A stretch of DNA of 60,674 nt, the filler included, from Sanchytrium tribonematis (lineage: Eukaryota), in NCBI GenBank assembly GCA_018985235.1. It is 4 parts of 4 records of this genome, joined end to end, with 100 filler letters (N's around TTAATTAATTAA, not from the genome) between each part and the next. Parts side by side here need not be neighbours in the genome. Positions count along the whole stretch, not along the records: positions 45,632 to 60,674 come from JADGIG010000158.1; 3 more parts are not named here. One strand, written 5' to 3'. A program made the translations under genes and the position numbers. The notes under the pieces are model-generated. The model was not told the DNA's origin. It did not search any database and saw only the letters and a list, made by a program, of their open reading frames with translations. Below, piece by piece: positions 52,201 to 60,674 of the stretch. Every line of letters begins with the position of its first letter. The stretch's first letter is position 1.

Positions 52201-54115
52201 TTTTGATTTCACAGATGATGAATTTTCAATGAGGTGCTTATTCGATGGCATATCTGACTTTTGTCAGGTCGCTCATAATAGTGACTTTTCCGAGCCCATA
52301 GATGCTCTTGTGATTTGTCTTTGTTGTATGACTGGCCTTTACCAAGGATACAACATTAATAGCTTACAAGATCTTTTTGACATCAAGGTTAATGAAAACG
52401 AACAGCCATTTTTTACTAAAACAAACCCAGTATCGGTCGAGTTTGGAAGTTACTTTAAAGGCCAAATCGCGCTGCACCAGCTTTGCAAAATCGTTCAAGA
52501 GTATTCCAGGCATCTTAGTCATTCCTGGTACCATTTCTGTAATTTGCTTAAGAAAGTTTTCAATGCTCAACTTCTTCATCCAAATTTGACAACAGTTATA
52601 GATTTTGTTGGGATTGAAACCAGCTTGTATTCTTTTTTTCCAAAGGTGGAGGAAAAATCAGAGTCTCAACAATCTAGTATTTTTTCAACTTTAAGTAGCT
52701 ATTTTGCTATTTCTGCGAATGCGTCCCCCATGGATTCTAACGCTGTACCAACTTTGCAGCAAGAAAAATTTATGAATCGAACCTTAGAATGTCTACAAGA
52801 ATCCAAAATACTCTATGTAATAGAAAGTTTGGATGCACTAGAAGCTTCAGATTTAGTTGTATCACTTTTAAAAAGTAGCGCCGAAATTTTGAGTATAGAT
52901 GATCCGGAACATGTGGTACCATTCTCTGCTCTCGCTTTCAAGGTTATCATTACGATATTAGAGCATTCGGAAGCCGTTGAAATGAAAGTTCTGCAACCTT
53001 TGAGCCGCTTCTGCAAAAGGCTTGGTTATGGAAGTTTATCATGTAAAAAATTATTATTATGGGTTGGTTCTAGACTAATTAAATGTCCTAATCAGGCTGT
53101 GCAAGATATTGCGTTGCATGCTTTCAGCTCAATAATATCCGACTCAGACTTTTCGAAGAAGCATTTTTTAACTTTATTGACAGGCTTCAAGCTAGTTCTG
53201 TGTGCCCGACTACTTGATAGCCAATGGTTTTTGGACTTTTTCAAACAATTGCCAGAGCTAGCTAATCTTAGCTCTAATGCTCACTTGAAAGCGTTACAAG
53301 AAATAATATTTAAAACTGTACCATTTACGAAAAGCAGCATCATATCTAATTCTGACATAATAAGTATAACGGAGCGAATATTGTACGCTATGATGGAATC
53401 AAATATCTCTGAAAATTCAAAAATTTGTGGTCAAATGCTCGATTTATTGTACCATTCTGCAGTTAATTGCATTGAGAATGAGAATCAAATACAATTAATG
53501 TGGGATTCTACGGCGTTAAATGTCATTGATTGTTTAAGCAAATGCATATATTGTCACGATTCTGATGTGAGACAAAAATCTTTCTTTTACCTTCAAAGAT
53601 TAGTCAACATTGAGAATTTGAATGATGAAAATGCTGAGTTTTGGTCCGACAAAATTTTTTACAAATCCCTATTTCCATTCTTCAAATTCGAAAATGTAGA
53701 CGATGAAGATCTTCTGGATGAGCTAAGAATGCGGGCCACTGCAATTCTAACCAAAATATACCTTAATTTTTTCAATCAAATCACTAATTGGAATCAAATG
53801 GAAAGCATTTTGATAGACATCGTCAAAGTCATGCGATCTTTCTATCAAACTTCGAGTTCCACCATGATCGAAATAATACCAGAAGCATTAAAAAATATTA
53901 TACTAGTGATGGTCGATGCCTCGAAACTGGATGAAAGTGAAGAAATTTGTCCAAATATTTGGATAGAATTAGAGTTTCTTCCAAATTTAAAGTCAGAAAT
54001 TTTTAAACCAGAGAAAAGCTCTGCTAGCCAATATAATTCTAATGAAAATCTGAGAAATGAAGAGCCCGAAAAGGAAAATCCAGACATGGATCCTTCTAGG
54101 CCTGTTATGATATGA
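49207..54115 (+). CDS. Large Sec7-domain ARF guanine-nucleotide exchange factor (GBF1/Gea-like), 2 exons: 49207-52180 and 52200-54115
   Basis: Sec7 motifs LGEFLG, ALRDFL.SFRLPGESQQIERILE.FA and LAYSIVMLNTD.H. HDS regions include FG...KGQ.A and IPEALKNIILVM. Confidence 0.9.
52181..52199 (+). other. 19-nt intron GTTTTTATTTCTAATTTAG (phase 1)
   Basis: Joins the 995-aa and 647-aa ORFs (..LSVFVN-V-FDFTDD..). Confidence 0.88.
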
Positions 54116-54139
54116 CTAATTTAATAAATATTGAAAATG

Positions 54140-55160
54140 TCACTTATAAACATTTACTAGGTTATTCAATTCCTTAATATTTTGGGTATGGAAAACGATG
54201 CGTTGAAAACCATCTGATGGTGGCAGTAAACTGAAGTTTTGAGATTCATTATGCACCATTTCTTTCGGGACATTTTTCAAAAAAACAATATTTGTATCTG
54301 GTCTGTGAAGTCTATACTTTGGATTTATACCATCGTAAAACATCGACGCTGCCAAATGTGTAAGTTTTAATTGCTGGTAATTATTCTCAAATCCGTAATC
54401 ACAAAGGGTAGTAAGAACTTTATAAATATTAAATACCGCTTGATTGCCTAATTCCGCCACCGAGCAACTTCCTGTAATATTTAGCACGTTCAATGAACGG
54501 CTCCGTACCCAAAAGCAGAGCACCAACTGGAGCGCCGAGTCCCTTTGAGAAACACAGCGAAATGGAATCAGCTACTCTACCGTAAGAATTAAAAGGTTTA
54601 TCTTCAACAATGGCAGCATGCCATATTCTACAACCATCCAAGTGAACATGTACTTTTTCCATTTGGGCTTTTTCGTATATTTTTCTAAACTCTACCATAT
54701 TTTGAATTTGACCATCAAGAGTATTCTCTAAAATACAGATCTTAGTCTCTGAGACGTGGGTGTCCTGAATAAAATTTGCAGCTTTTTCAAAGCTATCGTA
54801 ATTGTATTTAGAAATTGTAATTGGTAAGACCCGACTCAGAAACGAAATTCCAGATGATTCCCATCTAAGCAAATGGCAATTCTTATGACCAATAGCACTA
54901 ATTGGTTTGGAATAGTTTGCAGAAGCAGACAGCATCCCAACCTGGTTCGCCATAGTCCCAGACAACATAAAAAGTCCTTTTTCTTTTCCAAATAATTTTG
55001 CAAATTTGTTTTCAAACCGTAAAACATTGTCGTCTGTACCCAAAACACAATCTTGGAAATCTTTGATCTTTAAAAGAGATTGTAGCATCGGTTGAGTAGG
55101 CTGAGTAACTGTATCACTTCGAAAGTCGGGTTTAAATAACGGGCGACGAGATAGTTTCAT
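54140..55160 (-). CDS. GLY1: Low-specificity L-threonine aldolase, 2 exons: 55160-54437 and 54417-54140
   Basis: DFRSDTVT.PT, SGTMANQ, LENT, HLDGCR.W, SLCFSKGLGAPVG, RK.LGGG.RQ, and TNIVF in exon 2. Confidence 0.9.
54418..54436 (-). other. 19-nt intron GTATTTAATATTTATAAAG (phase 1)
   Basis: Removal gives GGGIRQSS-V-LTTLCDYG in frame. Confidence 0.88.
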
Positions 55161-55174
55161 AAATTAGATATTTA

Positions 55175-58100
55175 TTAGGGTCGTCGTTGTTGGTCAGTAA
55201 TGTCATTGAGGACTTGAGCCACAACAAATTCCTGCTCCTTGATGTTATTTATAGCTTTATATACTTTTCTCTTCGCAAGAATAAGTAATACCGTAGATGC
55301 CACAATAAATCCAAAAAATGGAAAACTAGCACGGTGTATTATTTGATGATGAATTTTAGAGCCTTCATTTGTACTGAGAATTAATTTTGGATTCAAAGAG
55401 AGAAAATAATCTAAAGAAACATAATTATGGTCAAGTAAAGTTTCTAAGTTAGATGAAAGTACGAAGCATTTGACTACTTAAAATTGCAAAAGCGTAAGGA
55501 ATTAAATGAGCTAATACTAGTTTGCTGATATATGGAAACACAATTGCCTTATTAAAATACCCGAAATCGAAACTAGTCCACCCAGTATTAAGTATTCTAT
55601 TGATTACTGGTCTAAGTTGATTGTTAGGTCCCAACTCAATGAAAACGTATATAACTCGCACATAAATGATTCCAATAGCCCATTCGTGGAGATAAAATCG
55701 CACCAGATTTTTCTCATTGTGAATCTGACCAGGCATCATAAAATACAAACTAAAAACTGACATTGATAGGAATGGCAAAACTACCAGGACCATTAATATG
55801 ACATACGATATTGCTGATGCGCCTCGAACGGAGCTAGTGAAATCGTAACTAAATATTGAAAAAATCTCCTTAAACTTTGTGACTAAAATGATTAGGCTAG
55901 CAACCAAACCAGAGCCGAAAAGTAGAGAATATAGATCGTGAGCAACTCCTTTGCTAAATGTAAAATCTAGCAAAATTCGGCCTAATTTTAAAGAAGCAGA
56001 TGAAAAGATCGTACAAAGTGTTAGTAGGATGATCCAAAACATAAAAAAGAATATCCACAGTCGTAATCTCAAATAAGATGGAGTTACAACAAATGTCCAT
56101 TGTTCTTTGATAAACCCATCACTTGTAGCAATAGCATTTCCTTCGTCGATGTCCTTAATAACATGAAACGATTTACGATTTGTCTTGGGGAGCTTCATCG
56201 AATCTTTTGCAGGAACAAGAGTTAAATTAGCATGTAAAGATTTAGAACTAAAAATGGAATCATCTCTCTCAATTTGCTTGCGAGGAAGATTTTGAAATAG
56301 AGACTTAATTGACCCGAGTATACGGCTCAAGGTAAATGGTATTTCTTCATTTTCGAATCTACCCCCAAACATAAATGAAGTAAGTTGCAACAAATAAGAC
56401 AATGAAGCAATAATACGATGAGTGAGTATTCGGATTTTATCTTTGGGTTGTAGTAATTTGTAAATAACCGGGAGAAAAAAATGAAAGACTAATAGATCCA
56501 ATGGAAATTCGGTTAAAGTCCCAAAATCTGTTCTAAAAGGCGTCAGCTTCAGCGGAGAGTACTTGCTAGAGATGGCAGTCAAAAACCCACCATATCCAAT
56601 TACTATAAAGCCGGAATACATAACTGCACTGACGGCCAATTTTTTAAATTGCTTTATAACAGGCTGCTCTATTATTTCTTTTATGGGTTTAAATTCAGCA
56701 TCATTTGGGTCGCGTAGAAACCACAAAACTCCTGGTCTTATCACTTGTCTAATTTTATCTACAACTGTGGAAAAGTTGAACATAAACACGGTTCCGACAA
56801 ACCAATGTAAAAAGAAGGAAACTATTGGATATCTATAATGGAATGCAATTCTGTCAATCATTGATTGCTCCAGAACATATATTGTGACGATGTCCAACAT
56901 CACCCCAGAAAACAAAGGAAACACAACTAATTCTATGCTCAAAAATAATGCGATTTTGAAAAAGTGCTTCAATTTGCTGTCCACCAATTTCACAGCTCTC
57001 GCTAAAAATGATCTATTATTATTGCTTGAAACAACGATCGCTAAGAAAATTACTGACAATATGGTAATCCAGCCATATCCCACACCAATTACAAAAAATC
57101 TCGGTGACCAGGAATTTGAATTCAAAAGTTTCGATTCGATCCAATTGCTACTTAAAGGTACAATGCTGTTTAAATCGTGACCAAGAAGATTTGAAAAAAT
57201 GTGCTGCAAACTGACCAACTTCTGGAAGTATTTTGAAAAAACATCTACTTTCGTAAGTGAATAAAGTGAGAAATAACCCAAAGCATAAGGCAGGTATCCA
57301 GCAATAAAAACCAAACCGATGAGACAAGCCAAAACAATTCCCGAGGTATAAAACACATGATATAGAGGGCCTGAATATCCCAATAGCTCCGAAATACTTT
57401 CAGGATTATTGTCTTCATGTTGAGGCAAAGGAATTTCCACTCTTATAGGTTCAGGAGCTACAATTGGATCCGGAACTTGTCGCTCAATTTCTGACGTACT
57501 ATTACTTCCTTCTGAAGAAGAACTGTCTTCACTGTCGGCTTCTGATTCAGATGAAGCAAGCTGTGCCGTGGCTTGTGCCCTTAATCTTTCCTCGAGTCTC
57601 TCTATCCGCAATCGGGCAAGCTCTCTTCTTTCCTCGATTGAGAGAAGCCTCGGTTCATCCGTACCCTCATTTGTGTGGTTATTTTCATTCAAAGGAACGA
57701 TTGGTTGGGCGAGATCAACCCCATTCTCTTGTCTCAAAAGCTGAGCGCGTATTTGCTCTCGCATAACCCTTTGTCTCTCTCTTTCACGCTCTAATCTATT
57801 TGGATTATCCAATTGTTCTAGCCCCAACAATTCTTTCGCAAAGAATAAGATAAGAGCGACGCTAATCAGTGATATATATATAATTTGACCTTCTAATACT
57901 TCAGCAGCTACCTCTGAATTTGGAAATAAAGAGGCAAGAGCCAGCCTTTCAACTGGATGAGATATGCTACTAATTGTATTGAACAAAGAAAAGGTAACCA
58001 AAAATAAAATCCATGGAATTAAAACAAGCCAGAGAATTGATATTGTCGTGAATCTAGTAAATTTGATAAAGTGGGATCCAAAGTTTAGAAACACGCGCCT

Positions 58101-58328
58101 GCAGACCACTAATATAGGAATTCTATCAGGAGCATTATCGGCATAAACTGGAGTAAATACAAACTCAAAGTGACAGAGTTCACAATTTCTTTTTTGACTC
58201 ACGGTTAGCCACTGCTGCAAGCAGGATTGATGTATAAATCGAACAGACCCATTGCATTTGCATGGCTGATAAAGTATCTCTTCTTCATCTGATCCTCTAC
58301 AAATTCTGCAAAAAGGTTGATTCTCCAT
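55175..58328 (-). CDS. DOA10: ERAD E3 ligase Doa10/MARCH6, 2 exons: 58328-55463 and 55443-55175
   Basis: RING-CH CRICR..PCKC.GS..IHQ.CL..W..CELC, ELVVFP..G..LD, HW.VG..FM, RPGVLWFLRDPND and many TMs. Confidence 0.9.
55444..55462 (-). other. 19-nt intron GTACTTTCATCTAACTTAG (phase 1)
   Basis: Joins the main ORF to the last-TM exon (..IKEQEFVV..L.D, Doa10 C-terminal element-like). Confidence 0.87.
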
Positions 58329-58714
58329 GTTACAAATCAAATTGTAAGTCCGACATACGACTACTTTAGAACGAACATACGACCTATATTTTCATCATAA
58401 GAATAATAGATAAAAAGCGCGAGCTTCTTGAGAGTGAGTGATGAGGACATTCAGATGCTACCAGTTTGGCACAATATGCAATGAACCACTAATTTAAATT
58501 TTATTTACAAATTGAACTCGAACAAAATAATCCAGATTGCTTTTTTTCTTTACTCATATTTCTCACAAGATGTGCTATAAAAACCGTGCAATCCATTATA
58601 GGCCAAAGGCCAAAGTCATTCAAATGGATGATTTGCTGAATCAAGCCATTTTGATCAAATGATGGGGTAGATGAGATAACCTGTGATTCATTGTTTAGTG
58701 GCTTAGATACAGAA

Positions 58715-59212
58715 ATGATCTCGCAAGTTTTGGTAACATTTTTTAAGATACCGAACCTGTACCTATTAGTTGAATCAGCTTTAAGATATGTACCAATTGG
58801 AGTGGTATTTCTTGCATGCATACAAATGACAACGCAGTTAAAGAAAAAGCCATCTTGTTTTTTAGGTTGCCTATTACTTCAAATGAAGGTTTCTAGTGAT
58901 CGATATATAACTGCTAGAATGTTATCTCAGTGGTTGAGAATCCCTATCAAAATTATTTTAACAAGTGAGAACAGTTGTCTTAAATCTTTAAAATTTTCAG
59001 TTCACATATCGAAAAATCGTCACTTGCTATGGATATCAAAATTTAATGTGTATTTGCGCAAGCTATATTTAGAGGAGGATTTTAAACAGTGGCTGAGCTG
59101 CTCCATGTTAATAATTCCTACTGATTATGATTGTTATTTTGAACCCGCAAGTTATCCAAAACAATTTGGTTCATTTGATCCGTTTGACCCTCAAGGTTTT
59201 GTTGTAAAATAG
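58715..59212 (+). CDS. Hypothetical protein
   Basis: ORF of about 165 codons, followed by AATAAA. No family recognised. Confidence 0.45.
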   Translation: MISQVLVTFFKIPNLYLLVESALRYVPIGVVFLACIQMTTQLKKKPSCFLGCLLLQMKVSSDRYITARMLSQWLRIPIKIILTSENSCLKSLKFSVHISKNRHLLWISKFNVYLRKLYLEEDFKQWLSCSMLIIPTDYDCYFEPASYPKQFGSFDPFDPQGFVVK

Positions 59213-59347
59213 ATTTGTATCTTTAATAAAATTTTTTGTGTATTGTGAATTCGACTGATTATCTGTTTTTTCATATAGATTTGGGGTCAAATTTGATGGT
59301 CTTCCCAACAGGCAAAGTGTTTAAAAAATGCTGAGTAAAACGGGGTA

Positions 59348-60433
59348 ATGAGTTCTAAAAAGCAAACATCATCTAAATGGGATACTGATGCCCAAGAGAT
59401 ACACGGTGGCCAAGAATGGGCTGATCTTGTAAATTTTGTTGAAGACTTTTCAGTAACAACAAATTTTATGAATACACCAGAGAGTGGCTTGAACGCTATT
59501 AAAAACAGCATAAAAAATGTCAGCCATTATCCAAGTGCTGACCAAGAACCTGCGAAATCCGATCTGGCGAAGTTTCTTAACGTCGAAAGCTCCAGGCTAT
59601 TATTAGGAAACGGAGCTTCGGAAGTCATAGACCTTGTGACAAGATTTGCCTACAGCAAGTCTGAGGACAAAACTTGCCTCCCAGGATACAATCCTCAATA
59701 TAAGGAATATGAGAGAAGCGCCACTACCTCGGGATTCGAGATAGTTGAAAAGGGATCAGGTGCTGATTTACTTGCTATAGTAAATCCATGCAACCCAACT
59801 GGACAGTATAAGAACCTGAAAGATCTTAAGGAATTTATATTAGAAAATGTTAATGATAATGGCTTCGTGATAGTGGATGAATCTATGCAGCCTTGGGTGG
59901 GCAAAGACTTCTTAAAAGATTCACTCTTGTCTGCACAAAATTGGGTCGAGTCGATTTTTGAAAGCAAAGGAATATCCGTATACGTTATTCACTCTTGGAC
60001 AAAACTTTGGAGTTGCACTGGACTACGCATTGGAAGTATTGTTTGTCCCACCACAAAACATGCATCGTTACTAAAGAAAATGCAAGTCCCTTGGAGTGTC
60101 AATTGCTTTGCGTTAGATTTTATATCAGCAGTAGTGAAAGATCACAAATATTTAGCGGATACTTGGACTAAGACACCGATTTTGAGGAAAAATGCAATTG
60201 ATAAATTAAAATCTTTGAAACCACATTGGAAATTTTTCGGAGAATCATTTTTATCGTGGATTTGGGTATCAATAGGCAGCGAGGAAGAAGCAATTGAAGT
60301 AGCAAAACTTTGCAAAAACGCTGGAGTTCCGATAAGAGTCGGATCCTACGGGTATAAGGCCAATGGTTACGTAAGGTTTGCAGTCAGAGAATCGCATCAA
60401 TTTGATCATATTTTAAAAGCTATTAAAAAGTAA
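59348..60433 (+). CDS. PLP-dependent class I/II aminotransferase-fold enzyme (HisC/CobD-like)
   Basis: HGG..DFS..N, HYP, LGNGASEVI, VNPCNPTG, VDES, HSWTKLWSCTGLRIG (PLP lysine), PWSVN and YVRFAVR. Confidence 0.85.
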   Translation: MSSKKQTSSKWDTDAQEIHGGQEWADLVNFVEDFSVTTNFMNTPESGLNAIKNSIKNVSHYPSADQEPAKSDLAKFLNVESSRLLLGNGASEVIDLVTRFAYSKSEDKTCLPGYNPQYKEYERSATTSGFEIVEKGSGADLLAIVNPCNPTGQYKNLKDLKEFILENVNDNGFVIVDESMQPWVGKDFLKDSLLSAQNWVESIFESKGISVYVIHSWTKLWSCTGLRIGSIVCPTTKHASLLKKMQVPWSVNCFALDFISAVVKDHKYLADTWTKTPILRKNAIDKLKSLKPHWKFFGESFLSWIWVSIGSEEEAIEVAKLCKNAGVPIRVGSYGYKANGYVRFAVRESHQFDHILKAIKK

Positions 60434-60674
60434 ATTCATGTCAGATCTTAGGCTAACTTTGTTTAAAAGAGAATTTTCTAATCTAGCCTAATCAATATTG
60501 CGCTGAATATCAATTAGATAAAAGTTACATTCTACTTCAAAAAACTAACCCATTAGATTTTTTTATGCAATTTTCAAATGGCTTTGAGAGCAAGTTGAGA
60601 AAACTGAAATAAAAATAAAGTTATTTTTTTTGAAACAATTTTTTTCGATTGACATGCAAGTATGTTTTCAAAAG

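Noticed and set aside
271..60433. Non-standard genetic code (e.g. TAA/TAG read as Gln, as in some aphelids and ciliates)
   Set aside because: Long conserved ORFs have no in-frame stops, and TAA, TAG and TGA all end genes at the expected C-termini.
1..60674. tRNA, rRNA or snRNA genes
   Set aside because: None recognised by eye. The few longer intergenic gaps (e.g. 14820-15158, 58330-58700) would need an Infernal or tRNAscan search.

Overview
This is eukaryotic nuclear DNA, not prokaryotic. Four contigs of about 15 kb (1-15158, 15259-30366, 30467-45531, 45632-60674, in descending length) are joined by artificial N44-TTAATTAATTAA-N44 spacers. The DNA is AT-rich, uses the standard genetic code and is extremely gene-dense. 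The gene set (IFT38/CLUAP1, CARM1, ROCK/MRCK-like kinase, LAMTOR2, C12orf4/FERRY3, Bit61/Protor, Rrg9, GBF1/Gea, Doa10) points to a flagellated, early-diverging fungus or other holomycotan with a reduced genome; the lineage is inferred, not established. The main discovery is that the split ORFs in the six-frame track are explained by ultra-short GT-AG spliceosomal introns. I found 12: ten of 19 nt, one of 20 nt and one of 21 nt. All 12 have T at -8 and A at -6 from the 3' end, i.e. a putative branch point at a fixed position fused to the acceptor. Other highlights are head-to-head genes 9-26 nt apart (one pair shares a CATG), a recurring CCTTG element before start codons, a solo Ty3/gypsy-type Gag capsid gene, an unannotated 58-aa Gly/Tyr/Trp peptide, and an island of putative secreted proteins with very short signal peptides in contig 3.
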